Source: Callorhinchus milii (lineage: Eukaryota). Taken from it: a stretch of DNA of 64,000 bases. Shown here piece by piece: positions 13,751 to 27,277 of the stretch. A program made the position numbers and the translations under genes. The first letter of the stretch is position 1. Each line of letters opens with the position of its first letter. The stretch lies in the NCBI RefSeq assembly GCF_018977255.1, contig NW_024704742.1, positions 89,468,001-89,532,000 of the forward strand, given 5' to 3'. The notes beneath the pieces were generated by a model. The model did not search any database. It was not told the DNA's origin and saw only the letters and a program-made list of their open reading frames with translations.

Positions 13751-15689
13751 TGAGGTGGACATTAAAAATCTCATGGCCTCTTCGAAAAGAAGGAAGTTTC
13801 TCCCGATTTCCTGGCCAACAACTCTCCAGATTTAATTAGTCACCCAACCCATAGGTGGCTGTGCAATATTGCTGGTTCAAATGGTTGCTTTGCTTGCTTA
13901 CGATGAAAACCAATGCAACACAGTATTCCCTGTAAACTTTTTTTTTGTTTGAGGCACTATAAAGTAATGGTTTTATCGGTGGAATTTAGCTCTACAACCA
14001 TTTATTTTCCTGAGCAAAACTGCTTTCAATTCTGATTTCCTACATCAGTCGCTTTGAATAGGACTAAGAATAGTCTTTGCATTGGACATCATGCCTTATC
14101 GCACTGTTAACAAGTTCACATGAATTACTGTACAGTAGTGATTTTGTAGGTGAATGTAGCACTCATTTGCACATAACTTTTTTGTTTCATGTCAAAAGTT
14201 TCAGATTGATTTCAGTGGGTTTATATAATTAACGCTTAACTACAAAGTTCTCTTAAAGGTAAAATTTATAACCGTTTCAACTAAAAGGCTGGTAATTGTT
14301 AACCCATCCTACAAGATGCATACATGAAAAATTCAAGAACCAGATGGGTTTCCCTTAAACTTAGTGAGGATTTCCTCTTGGTAAATGTAGCAACTGAGGA
14401 AGTACACTTAATATAAGGGAAACCTTTCTTTGCACAGTATATTAGAAACATTTATTCAAATTTTCAGCAAAGCTGTTTACATGTTGCATTGATACTAAAT
14501 GTAGGTGAAGCTGACATTATTAATGGGAACTTCAAATGCTTAATTCTCCAGTAGCCTGAGAATTGGTAGCACCAATTCTGCAAAACTGCCTCGGACCCTT
14601 CACAGACTTGACAAGAACCCCCACATCCCAAATAGCTTCTCTCCTTCCTGCTATGCTTGATCTTCAAAAATGATCAATTCTCCGACACAAGCTGTAGAGT
14701 GAAAGGTTTAAAGTGCCAATCACATTTGCTTTATTCTCCATATGTTGAGCAAATTAAGAGGTAGATGCAGCTTTTCCTTGCTGCTGGCTCAGGAAGAATG
14801 GCACCCGCTCTCAACCCATGTGATGGCCTTCCATGGACCAATATTAATGGATCCCTTTACAAAAGGTAAGGAAGACTCTCCCTAGACCAACAATTGATAT
14901 CAAGATAACTCTGGAGGACAAGTGCTTTAAAACTGGTTGTATAGTGTTGCTGACTATGTTCTCCCTCCTGCGTATTTTGTATGTGAAAGCTGAAGAAATC
15001 AACTGAGTTTACTCATTTCCTTTGGATAAGGAATATTCACTGTTCAGGTACAAAGCTGTTTCATGTCTCATTTGGCAAGGATTTACTTTTGTAAATTGTA
15101 TACTTGAAATCCTTTAGCTCACAATTACCTGCCTTGCATTTTCCTTTTTTTGTGTGAGTTGATTGAAACTTAGACGTGCAAATCGTTTCCGTTCTTTTGC
15201 TCTTGAGGATTCCTACCAGCTGCTCTGGCTAAGAATCCAGCTCAGGATGAAGCTGTGTGTCAGTGATGCTCAAAGAGGACCATCTTGACAATGTGTGAAT
15301 TTAAATGGAAGAATTTGAGAGAATTTTCCCTGGAGATTTTGCTTATTTTTGTGTGTGATTGAAGAATGAGTGATGCCATGGTATCAATCTATGGTAAGTG
15401 AACTTTTCTTCAAATGGACACTTATTTAAAAATTATATTTTGAAAAGGTCTAACAATGCTGTTCAGAACTTGATACCTTTAAAATTTGGGAATCCAAATT
15501 GATTGTTACAATGGGTATACTTCGAGGGATAATATTCCATCTTTTCCAAGCTTCTTCAGCAAGAATTTATTGGCTTTGTCTACAAAATTAGTCACTGAAC
15601 TTTACAGTGAATCCAGCTAAGTGCTTTTGAGATGCCCTCCTATGAGAGGTTCTGTATCAATATGCAAGTGACTTTGATGACTTCTATTA

Positions 15690-15992
15690 AATAATAATAA
15701 TAATACTTGCATTTGATATAGCTCTTTTCACGTCGGGAGGGCGTCCCAAAGCGCTTCACAGAACACACTGTAAAGTGAATTGACTGGGCAAACGCGGCAG
15801 CCAATTGCGCACAGCAATGTCCCACAAACAGTCATATGGATTGAAAATGACCAATTTATTATTGTTTTGTTTTGGAGGGATTATTATTAGGTGTGTGGAG
15901 TAAGGAAACTTGCCCAAGGTTTCGCCCTCTGCCTGGAATTGAACTCCGGTCTCTCACTTCCGAAGGAGTGCTCTAACCACTGATACAGTACT
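15690..15992 (-). mobile_element. Near full-length tRNA-Ala/Deu SINE
   Basis: Reverse complement of the 1274/19666 family. Confidence 0.9.
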
Positions 15993-17945
15993 TGCAATTT
16001 AAAGATCAGGACAGCAACTCGCCCTATAGTATCATTAGTGGCACCATGATGGCCCATCACCGATGTATTATTTTGGCATGTGTATACCCTTATTGCTATA
16101 CGCACATGTGTGTACTTCTAAGCAATTATTTCGCAGTTCAGTTTGTCCTGTCACTGATACTTAAGATCAGAGTTGTAGGATTAATCTTAATTGAGTGGTT
16201 TAATAGTGATACCATTCTTTAAATACAACTTACCATCATTGAGGCGACTTCTAATTTCTAATATTTCCTGGCTTGACCAGATGAAGAGGATTAAAATTTG
16301 CCCTCTACCTCATCCCCAAAATGGGCTTGAGACTGATTATCATGGGAAAGTATATTTGAATGATGTTTTTCACTCTTCAGCTGATGAAACCTGGAAAATA
16401 TTTTGAAAATAAATCAAATCATCCTCAGCAACCGAAACTAAATTGTGTTGGTAATTGAAAAAAAACAATTCCACTTGGCTTGGAGAGGAGAGGGGTTGTC
16501 CCCTTTAATAACAACAATTGAATATTTTTTAACACAAAGAATGCTTTATNAAAAAATAAGTAACAACTTTAAATAGCAATTATTTTTTATCCCAACGTAT
16601 TTCTGTCAAACGTACTACCTCCACACATACTTGTTCTCTTCATCCCCACACACACCAGACTTCATCCAACCCACAATGTTTGGGAAAAGCTCAGCATACG
16701 TCCTCACTCAAACAAACTGACCAAAAAAAATCTCCGCACTCAAGACGGCTTCCTTCCCACCAGATATCGTATTCCGCTCACAGCAAACCTGTGGACCAAT
16801 TCATCTTGATGATAATAATAATCCTTTCATTTGATATAGCGCCTTATCATGTCTTCAAGACCACTCAAAGCACTTCAGAGAATATACTGTAAAGTGAATT
16901 GACTTTTTTTTGGTGAAAAATATATACTATATATTTTGATGTGCACTTATTCCTATAATCTCAAGCCCAAGTGCTTATCCGATTTGTTAGAACTTCTCAT
17001 TTTCTAAATAGCTTCTACCTCTGGTTCTGTTGCAACTTCTATTTCTCATTTTTATGATATGAATCCCGTAATCCCCTTGAAGATATTGGAATAACCAACT
17101 GTAATTCATTCTATTCTTGGGCAACATTAGCTACTGGGTTGAGTCACTAGTTGTGAGGAATACTCTACACCAAAATGAGAAGCCTTGTGTCAAACTTCTC
17201 ATGTTACAGCCATGGGCTTTCAGTACACACTTTAGATATAACTTGAATGTCAAATATTGCATGAATCGGCTGCAGTTTGTTGTGCCAGATAAGATTTTAT
17301 GTTTGCTCAACATCTTTCAATAAATACAATTGGACACTATTCTCCACTGGGTAAAGCATCTTAAAGTTTCCAAGAGAATCTATTTTATTTTTACTCATTA
17401 TAGAATGAACTGGACGTTATCGATCTGTTTTAAGATGATCTGAGGATTCTATGAGTTATTTTCTCTAATTCAAAAAGCACAAATTCAACAAAAGGCATTC
17501 TGCTAGTTAAAGCATGTTTTTCCCCTTCCAACAGGTAAATTGAGGTCTGTTGTGTAATCAAAAAATGTAGGATTCTGAAACTTAATTGAATACACAGAAT
17601 ATTGCGTACAACCTATATTTTCAGTCCATGGTTCCAATAACGCAGGCAGCATTGTGTTTGGCGGTCTTAATTTGTAGTAGGCTTCAGTCCTATTAAGATA
17701 TCTGGCTATTTTAAAGTTGCGGCATTGCATCAATACCAATGTCAAATTAATCTTATTTTGGTGAGGGAGAAAAAGTTGCTAACTTGGTTTCATCTATGGC
17801 TGTTTCTTTCCCCAAATTAAATTAACTTGAATGTGATGATGCAGATGTACATGAGCTATTGGATGAACTTGTCTTAATTGACTAAGTCGCCACTGCATTG
17901 CCTTATGTTAACAAATGAACTTTTTTTTGTAAAAAGGTTTTTTTT

Positions 17946-18300
17946 GTCAGACTGTCTCGGGTGGTAGGACTTTGACTTCTGCAAAAGGTTGTGGGTTCAA
18001 GTCACACTTCAGGATTTTGAATGCATCGCCTAGGCTGACTGGTGAGAAGGGGGCACTGCATTGCTATTGGAGTTATTGGATGTTATTGGAGTTATTGGAT
18101 GAGACATTAAACTGAGGCCCAGTCTGCCTCTTCAGGTGGGCATTAAAGATTCCATGGTACTATTCAAAAAGAGAAGGGAATCTCTCCTGGTGTCCTGGCC
18201 AATGGACACCCCACCCCCCAGATAAAATTAGTCATCATTTCATGGCTGCTTGTGGGACACTGCTGGGTGCAAAACTGGCTGCCACATTTACCTACAAACA
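17946..18300 (+). mobile_element. Older SacSINE1-like DeuSINE (second SINE family)
   Basis: tRNA-like head (aaggttgtgggttcaagtc) and body ggatgagacattaaactgaggcccagtctgcctcttcaggtgg...gtgtcctggccaa, then the Deu core. Further copies near 30390, 31307, 35548(-), 38000(-), 42850(-), 53470, 57841/58332 and 61340(-). Confidence 0.75.
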
Positions 18301-19665
18301 ACAAATCGCTTTCATATAGCACTTTTCACATCAGGAGGACGTCCCAAGGCACTGGCAAACAATCATTACAGTACATTCTGTGCAGCATTGAAAAGTCCAC
18401 TATAGCAAAGTAGAAACAAGAATAAGCTGGGGACAGAACCCAACTTGTGTCAGTCTTGTAACAATATTTTTCCTGTAAATGTGACCAAGTGCATCTAGAA
18501 AATAGCTGCTTTGTTTGTCTTGGTGTCCTCTAAATACAGGAAACCTGAGGAGTAAATATGAAGGAAGAAAAGTGCATTGTCAGAGAAGTCTTGATGGAGA
18601 GGGGGCAGTTATATGATATGCAATTTCTGACCAGAGGTGTTGAGAGAGAGAAGCTCAAATTGGAAAGATCTCTGAATTATTCAAGCCCTCCTCAAAATAC
18701 TGCATTAATTTTAATGCCACAAGTTTTAATGTTAAATGTATATTTTTGGACCTATATGAAGGAATTTCCACTGATATTCTGAGTATTTAGCACCATGAAG
18801 AAGTCTTAATGTTACTATACATCTGAAATCCAGATACAACAGATTGTGTGGCTGCCTTGAAATGTGCCTCCACCAATCTCAGAATTCAGATGCCTGGTGC
18901 ACTAAGATTGCTTCCAAAAAAATCGAGTTTGTTTTGCTTGCAGCCATATGGTGTCCCATTATCTTATAAAATATTTGCAGCTAAATACTTTGGCTAATAT
19001 ATCCCACCTGGATTTTGTTAATTGGCACATGAGTGAAATGAAAGGGGGAGGAAGAAAAAGCTTTCCCATGAAATGTTAGGCAATATGTTGAATTGGAAAA
19101 CTACAGAGTGGTGGAAGTTGTGCAGAAATTCCTCTTGTACGAGCATGAAGACTTTCTATATAATGCTGAGAGCAAGGCTTGCCAAGCTTAACTATAGGGT
19201 ATCAATTTTGTTTTTTTCTAGTGTAAAGTAAGTCATGAGCGTGAATTAAACAAACTCTTCCTCTCCTGCACTTATTAAACTAGACATTCTCCATTTGTTG
19301 CTTCTCTGGGCTAGTTTGTGCTGAATCATAACCTAAGCATCCATAAAGGAGATGCATTTACCCAGCTTCACTACAAGTATCCACAAAGCTGTAGCTATTT
19401 TTGAAGATGGTGATGAGGTACAAGTTGGCAAGGTATCCTGAAACTTTAACTATCTCCACCTTGGGGAAAATTCAACACTAGACTCCTGAGTTTTGAAAGA
19501 TCCACTGTGGATTTCTCCGCAAAATCTTCTTGAGGGTCTGCTTAATATACAGCAGGGAAGAGGAGATAACTAATTGGTCATGAAGTGGGAGTGCTTCTGG
19601 GAGGGCAAGGCCAGAAGGGGTGGGTGTCGGGTGAGGGGAAGGCGGGGGGAGCTTATCTAGTTAAA

Positions 19666-19986
19666 TGGAGTCCTGTAGCTCAGTGGTTAGAGCACTCGCT
19701 TTGCAAGTGAGAGACCTGAGTTCAATTCCAGGCAGAGGGCGAAACCTTGGGCAAGTTTCCTTACTCCACACAGAGCCTAATAATAATCCCTTCAAAACCA
19801 AAAACAATAATAAATTGGTCATTTTCAATCTACGACTGTTTGTGGGACATTGTTGTGCGCAATTGGCTGCCGCGTTCGCCCAAAATATGCAGTCAATTCA
19901 CTTTACAGTGTGTTCTATGAAGCACTTTGGGACGTCCTCCCGACGTGAAAAGCGCTATATCAAATGCAAGGATTATTATTATTATT
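19666..19986 (+). mobile_element. Full-length young tRNA-Ala/Deu SINE
   Basis: Intact A and B boxes, Deu core, tail gacgtcctcccgacgtgaaaagcgc and (TTA)n. Confidence 0.93.
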
Positions 19987-20230
19987 GTTTACCAAGCAGT
20001 AAGTAGGAACATAGTTGTCAATTGACAGATTACTTTCCAAGGGTGGTCATCCCTCCAAAAAATAATAATTTGGTCTCAATCCACTATGATTTGTGGGACA
20101 TTGCTATGCGCAATTGGCTGCCGAGTTTCGCCCACAAAACACAATTGCTACAGTTTACAGTATATTCTGTGAAGCGCTTTGACACGTCTTGAAATGTGAT
20201 AAGGCGCTATATCAAATGCAAGTATTATAA
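19987..20230 (+). mobile_element. Headless copy of the older long SINE variant, abutting the young copy
   Basis: Starts with gtttaccaagcagtaagtag, a segment otherwise seen in the long copies at 30559 and 40694. Confidence 0.8.
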
Positions 20231-20426
20231 TTGGGGACGGTCTTATTTGAAAAAGTAAAAATCCTTTGATGTAGAGATGACTGCTGTTTACATTGGGCAC
20301 TGAGGGATTTTAACCTTTATAACATTCCAGCTGATGAAGTAAAATGCTACTTTTCCCTCACTTGCCCGGTAGGTTGCCTTGTTTCCCCGTTTTGTGCTTT
20401 GTTTTAGGCCGAGTCTGGAGGTGGAC

Positions 20427-21062
20427 GTGCTGAGACCTCAGCACAGTAACTGCAGTGACCTGCTGGGTGTGATTGTAACAGGTTATGGATTGTTTAAATT
20501 CATGTGCCACATTTTATTTCAATGCTCCTTGTGTTAATGTTCAGGTGGCTAATTTTATTGGTTGGAATAGTTCCAACCAATAAAACTACAGTCTGTTCCA
20601 CAGTAAGAAATGCGTCAGCTCCAACTGACGCATTGCATTTTTTTTAGGTGCAGTGTAAAGAATACCCACTGCACCTAAAAGGTGCTGCTTAATTATTGGA
20701 CCTCAGACTATTTTGTAACCAAAGCTGTGCTTTGGTGATTTATGAGCAGTCCATCCCCAGTGGCTCACCTTCACATGCTGACACCAATGGAGATCCAGTC
20801 TGGAGAATCAGAATTTCTGGCTAAATGTAATTACAGTGCCGGTCAGTACTAGCTTTTATCAGCGCTGTCTTTTTTTTAATGCCGATACCGGCATTGTAGT
20901 TGTTTGAATCCTGTGAGCAGAAGATAGCAATTAAGCTACCTTTTCCTCGAAGGTTTCAACTGAGTCAAAGTCTTATCCCTGGTCACTGAAGGCCAGGAGC
21001 ATGGTGAGGCGAGGGCACAATAGTGGGTCAGTGAGAATCTACATGCGTGTGGGCCCGCAAGG
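20427..21062. repeat. Hairpin-rich element; its right part (20788-21062) has a diverged inverted copy at ~48895-49120
   Basis: Five perfect inverted repeats with 8-15 bp arms plus one imperfect, and visible homology to 48895-49120 on the minus strand. Confidence 0.7.
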
Positions 21063-23023
21063 TTTTTAAAAAGTGTTTCCAATGTTTGAGCCTGGTCTGG
21101 CTAAGTACAAATTCCAGTTAAGATGGGGGGGGGGGCGCTTACCTTATAAGAATTTCTTACACCTTTACATATAAAAATATCTTCCATTCATCCAATTAGT
21201 TTTTCTTCACATGAGCAGCAGTCCAATCATTAATGTTTTCTGATACAGGGGAAAAAATTCTAATGGCTTTACATCTACAAGGGCAACTTCATTTTGTAAT
21301 TGGGTTCCACTATTCAGTTGATGTTAATCTGAGGTTATGATCAGGTAGATGTAAAAGATCTCATTACAAAGAATTTGGAGTTTCTCCTAGAGTCCTGGCC
21401 AGTGATTGGGTGAGTTGATAGCTTGGCTATTTGAGTGTTGAGGGCCATACAACAACAACAACAATATAGTACCCTCCACACAAGGTAGTGTCTCAGAATG
21501 CTTAACAGTGGTGAGCTTGACTCTGTGTGGTAATGGGACTGGAGTTAGGTGCAGGGTAAGGATTTGGGATTTCTTTCGATGAAAGATGCTTTTGGACCAG
21601 TTGGCTTTTTGTTGGTGCTATGCTAACTCAAATTATGCAACTGCTTCAGTGGGGTTTCAACCTATGACCCTTGTTGTTGGTCCATTAAGATTGCCACTGT
21701 ACTGCTGTACTTGGCAATTTAATTCAACCAAGGCTTTCTTCTGAAAGTTAAGGAAGTGGCGATGAGTCTTGAGATTATCAAATGAAAAGTATTGTGCTGA
21801 CAGATTTGGAACCTGTCATCTGCACCACTTATTGAGAGGATGTAAAGACGTCTGAGCAGTAAATGTGGATGACAATAAAAGACTGACTGAATTTTGGCAC
21901 CATCTATGAATCTATTTAAGTAAGTAGACTAAATATTTACTTTTTTGTCATTTTCCCCCTCTTCCTTACTAAGATTAAACACTATACAGTAGTGTAGTGA
22001 GATTGAAGATATATGTTGGAAAATGAAGAATAAAACTTACAACAGAATGTTTTCTGAAACAATTAGCTTATTTTAGGGAAGGGGAGCTCCAGCCAGCAAT
22101 CTCCAGATAGAATTGATCGTTTGCTTCATAGCTGCAAATAGCTGAGGAACATTGTTGTGTGCAATTTGCCTCCTGTATTTACCTCGAAATTAGTCACCAC
22201 ACTTGACAGCAAATCCAGTGAAGCGCTTTGAGGCGTCTCAATGATGTGATAATATACTTTATCAAATGCAAGGATTATTATATGGGGCTTCTTTTTTGGT
22301 GTCTTGGAGGACTCCAGCTTTCTGCTCTGTATGACTGCCTTGGTTAGGGCCATTACCCACTAAGCGATTGGAGGAGTGCTTATAATTCTCATTTGAAATT
22401 AATATAGCGGATGCCAAAGATTTGTCTCGCACACAAGGATCATATTAGATTATACCGTGGCGTGAGGTGCTGCTTCAGTGAACTTTGAATCGTGAAATCT
22501 TTAGGTAAAATACCAAGTGCAAAATTAAGACCCAAGAATAGTTTATTTGCTCAGCAGGATATTTTTCTGAAAAACAACACTAATTTAGGTTCTCTATGTG
22601 CAGCATGGGTCAACATGCCTCAATTGTGCAGGCGTCTCCTTCAGTCCCTTCCTTTTGTGCAATCATTGCCTGCATCATGTGTGACACTGCAGGACTTGGG
22701 GCCAGCCAACCACTGGCACAAGGACATAATTTGAATTCTTATGAATTTATACTTTATTTCTAGCAGCACCGAAAAGGCTGAAGCAGATTTATTGAAGTGC
22801 CTTATCACATTATCACAAAGTGCTTCACAGAATATACTGTGAAGTGGATTGACTATTTTGTGGGAAAGACACACCAGCCAATTGCGCACAGTAGTGTCCT
22901 ACAAACAGTTGTGAATTGAATGACCATATTATTATAACGGGTGATGGGTTCCCATGTGTATCAGACACCCGGCTGCCCCCTTTACCCTAGGCACCACTGC
23001 ACCCCCTCTAATTTTCATGACTG

Positions 23024-23340
23024 TGGAGTCCTGTAAGCTCAGTGGTTAGAGCACTCGCTTTGCAAGCGAGAGACCTGAGTTCAATTCCAGGCAGGGCAAA
23101 ACCTTGGGCAAGTTTCCTTACTCCACACGCCTAATAATAATCCCTCCAAAACCAAAAACAATGATAAATTGGACATTTTCAATCTACGACTGTTTGTGGG
23201 ACATTGCTGTGCGCAATTGGCTGCTGCGTTTGCCCACAAATATACAGTCAATTCACTTTACAGTGTGTTCTGTGAAGCGCTTTGGGACGTCCTCCCGACA
23301 TGAAAAGCGCTATATCAAATGCAAGGATTATTATTATTAT
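23024..23340 (+). mobile_element. Full-length tRNA-Ala/Deu SINE (first of a tandem pair)
   Basis: Same family as 19666; tail loop CTCCC. Confidence 0.93.
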
Positions 23341-23367
23341 GATGTCTTTACACACGTTTTGTTGCTG

Positions 23368-23688
23368 TGGAGTCCTGTAACTCAGTGGTTAGAGGACTCG
23401 CCTTGCAAGCGAGTGCAAGCAAGACACTTGGGTTCAATTCCAGGCAGGGCGAAACCTTGGGTAAGTTTCCTTACTCCACATGCCTAATAATAATCCCTCC
23501 AAAAACAATAATAAATTGGTCATTTTCATTCTATGACTATTTGTGGGACAGTGCTGTGTGCAATTGGTTGCCGCGTTTCGCCCATCATATACAGTTAATT
23601 CACTTTACAGTATATTCTGTGAAGCGCTTTGAGACGTCTAGAAGACGTGAAAAGCGCTATATTAAATGCAAAGATGATTATTATTATT
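23368..23688 (+). mobile_element. Full-length tRNA-Ala/Deu SINE (second of a tandem pair)
   Basis: Same family; tail loop TAGAA. Confidence 0.92.
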
Positions 23689-26552
23689 GTCTCTTAAAGG
23701 AAAACTCCAAACTTCTCAACAGTCGAAAGTGCAAAGTTCCTTTGTAAACTCAAAACCTGTAAATACAAATGTATAATGGAGCCATTAGTTTTAAGAAATT
23801 TTGTAAAATATATTTATTTCTGTTAACTAAGATTAAGAGGATATGCCAGGATAAGAGCAATGTGTTCAAATGGGTTTTATTGGCAGTGATTAAACAGCAT
23901 TCTTGTTCAGCATTCTAAAAAACACTGATTAATTTTCTACGTGTTCATATCTGGATGCAGAAATGGGCAGTCATGAACAATTGAGAAAGCTGTTTTCTCT
24001 GCAAAGAAACAATGGTTACCATTACACATGGAAAACATCCCACTTTGAAACTGCAGATGAAATGGGGTGGAGAGAGCGAATACTTTAGAGACTAGTTGGT
24101 GGAAATGCTCCGTGTATAAAATGGGTTGGGAGTTTCTGTTCAGCCATTTTCTCTGCAGTATTTGAAGGTCACCCTTATTTGCCGGTGAATATTTTTCCTT
24201 TTCAATTGAGCCCTTTCTGACTTGAACATGTTCATCCTCCTTGCTGTGTTCTGGTAGAATAAAACCCTTCCTGACTCGTATTACAAAACATTGTTCACCA
24301 GATTGCTTTTTCTTCACTACTCACCTTCAGGGAACGTCCCTCTGCTGGGAGAATGAGTCAGACTTGTCATGATGGCTTCCAGCATCTAACATCACTCTAG
24401 AACCTCGTCAGCCTAAAAGCTGCTGGAAGATCCAGTTTTATTGATGCAAATTGTGACTTTAAAAAAGTTTGATGCAAAATATATATTTTAGGTTCGCAGA
24501 TCTTTCTCTATAATGTATGAGAAATTGTACTTTTTGCAAAGATATCCATATATAAATAGCAGGATGATCCCTTGTACAAAGAACTCAAGTGACTGAGCAG
24601 TCGAACAAGACCTTTTTTGATGTGCCCTACTTTCGAATACAAAATGTATTATTGAACGATTGCTTTCTTAAAGCGCATCTGTGAGACAAACTCTGGTTCT
24701 CTGTTACAGGGACAGAACTGCAGCCTTATAATTTACTTCGGAAGTCCAAATGTGGCATCCCTGCGATTACTATCTTGGGGATGGATTTAAAAGATCAGTT
24801 AAGTAATGACATTTTTGTTGATAGCTTTTTCAGGGCATTGGATCTTTGCTTTCTTAGACTAATCTTTTCAGTAAGGTTATCTCAGTATTTCAGTAAGCTT
24901 TAGGTTATCATTCTACTTTGAAAATTAGTCAGTGTTTTTTTTTCTTTTAGCAAAACCCGAAGTATGATGTTAATTCAAGCATCTCTTTAGAAATGTATTT
25001 GCATGTCTGGGTTATTCCGTGCCTCCAAAACAGAATAAGCACCAGGTTCTTTCATGATAGCCTGTTGTGGTCAGTTACTGTTGCTCTTACATTTTGACAT
25101 GAGCTTCCAGGCTATCTCTCTCTCTCATGCACGGCTTTGCAAGGCTGGTCTTGAACTTCCACCCTTCCATTTGGTTTCCATTTCAATGTTTGACACAGTA
25201 ATCCTTGCAATTGATATACTCGCTTTAGGTGTCTCAAAGCTCTTATAAAGTGCAGCAACTCTATCGGATTGTTGGCCAATTTGTGCACAGCAATGTACCA
25301 CAACTAACCATGAAGTGAATTGCTTGTTTATCCTATCAGGAAGATTGTTGGAAGATTGTTCCTTCTCAAATCATTCTATAGGATTGTAATATCCACCTGA
25401 ACAGACAGATGAGACCCAAGAACATCTCATCCGAAGGACGGCACCTCTAAAGATGAGCAATATGAGTCTGTTCTTTGTGAGTTGGTTTACTAGTAGCTGC
25501 TTTGGTTATTTTTCATTTTAGCTGTCCAGCCGATTCTGAGTATCTTGCAATGACATGTAGAACTTCTTCAGAAACCTGGGAACAACTTCACTGCTAATCA
25601 CTAACATGGCTCTAAAGGGCTCATGAGATATTTTGAGGAAAATCCATATGTGAAATTCTGTCATGTTATCAACTTCAGTCCAATGTTGGTCTTTGGTGCT
25701 ATGTGTCTCTTCACCTGTGACAATACATTATTTGCCTAAAGTGGAAAAAAATCTACAAAAAATCAAAATTATTCCAAATTGGATCATTGAAAAATAGTAC
25801 CAAAAATCCCAGTATGAACAGTTACGGCATTGACACGTCTCTCGGACTCACTGTAGTCCTATCTTTTATTTTCCATACCCCAGACTTACTTCCTTGGAAA
25901 CTATTATTTACCATTTGAAAATCGTGTATTAGAATGCACTGCTCCAGGAAGCTGTAAAGGCAAAATCAATTGGAATGTTTAAAAGGAGAGAGATAAATAC
26001 TTGCTAAGTAAGGGTATAGTATTGAGGGATAAGGAGGGGGGTGAAAACTGGATTAAAAAAATTGTTGTAAACTAATCAAATGATGAAAAGGGCTGATGGT
26101 ATCCTGATGCTGTGATCCAATGATTTTTGGCACAATTGTTAAATTTTCAGCTGTGAACATCCTGTACTATCAAGAGCAATTAATTTATATATAGGCCCTT
26201 TCATGTCTTGATGCTGTCCCAAGGCGCTTAACAGTCCTGGTTTGGCAGGAGTAAGGCTACCTTTTATCAATACAAAGCTACTGATCATCAAGGTCCAGGG
26301 TGGAATAAAAGCTTCTTTTGGAGTCCAGTATTCATCTGTCTTCAGTATTGTATTACAGAAACAAACCATGGAACAAATAAAGACTACTTGGCCGATTGAG
26401 CTCATGTCCTTCCATTATTTTCAGATGCACTGCAACAGCAGAACAAAATGACACAGGTTTATGGTTGCAAAGGGCAATTTTGGGACAGATACCAGGCATA
26501 TTTCTTTATGCGTAGGTTAGTTCATGACTGAAACGGGTTACAATCTATTCTG

Positions 26553-26777
26553 TTCAATACTTGCATTGCAAAGATGACTCCCAGCGGTGCCAAACTATTG
26601 TCCTGTGAAGTATTTCTCAGTCTGCATGTATTCCTATATCCTTCAATGCTGTACTGAGCATGAATCCGATGTCTCGCCCATTCCAGAATGACCTACCTCT
26701 TGTTGCTCAGACTTGCAGAATATTAGATTCCGCAAACCTTTGCTGTTGGGAGTCACCTATGCATTGCAAGTATTGAA
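26553..26777. mobile_element. MITE-like element, 225 bp with 35-bp imperfect terminal inverted repeats
   Basis: Left end ttcaatacttgcattgcaaagatgactcccagcgg versus reverse complement of right end ttcaatacttgcaatgcataggtgactcccaacag: 30/35 identical. Confidence 0.7.
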
Positions 26778-27277
26778 TTGCATAGTTGGTAGGTTGAACA
26801 GAAGATTTGTGCATTTGAAGTTTCATCTGCGCTACCTCATTCAAGCTTACCAATAAATGATCTATCAGAGGGCATATTATACATGGGCTGTGAAAGCCAG
26901 CTTGCTATCTTCTTGCATGTCCTCATAGCAGACAGAGCTATTTACAGAGAACATCTGTATTGACTTAATGGGATCCAATTCATGAAAACGTTTTATAAAT
27001 ACTGAATTCACAACAATGCTCCCTCCATGTTGTGTCTCACTGACGGTTTGAAAGTTCATTTTGTTGCCAATCTCATTCTCGACCTCACAATATAGTGGAT
27101 TTGAGAATCGGTGATTCAATCCGACCTTTCAAAGCAATCTAACCTTAGTGCTTCACATCTAGTTAGTGGTAGGACCCACAATTTACAACTCATTTTCTCA
27201 GTCTCGCAAATTAGATCCCAATGAAACCCTTTCAACTTGAATGTGTAGCTGTGAGCACAAACACTTAAAAGTGATAG

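Noticed and set aside
19666..19740. tRNA-Ala(TGC) gene
   Set aside because: It is the head of a multi-copy SINE: no proper acceptor stem or terminator, and it continues into the Deu core and L2 tail.
20427..20736. CRISPR-like or attC-like array
   Set aside because: The hairpins differ in sequence and spacing, the context is vertebrate, and no associated enzyme gene is present.
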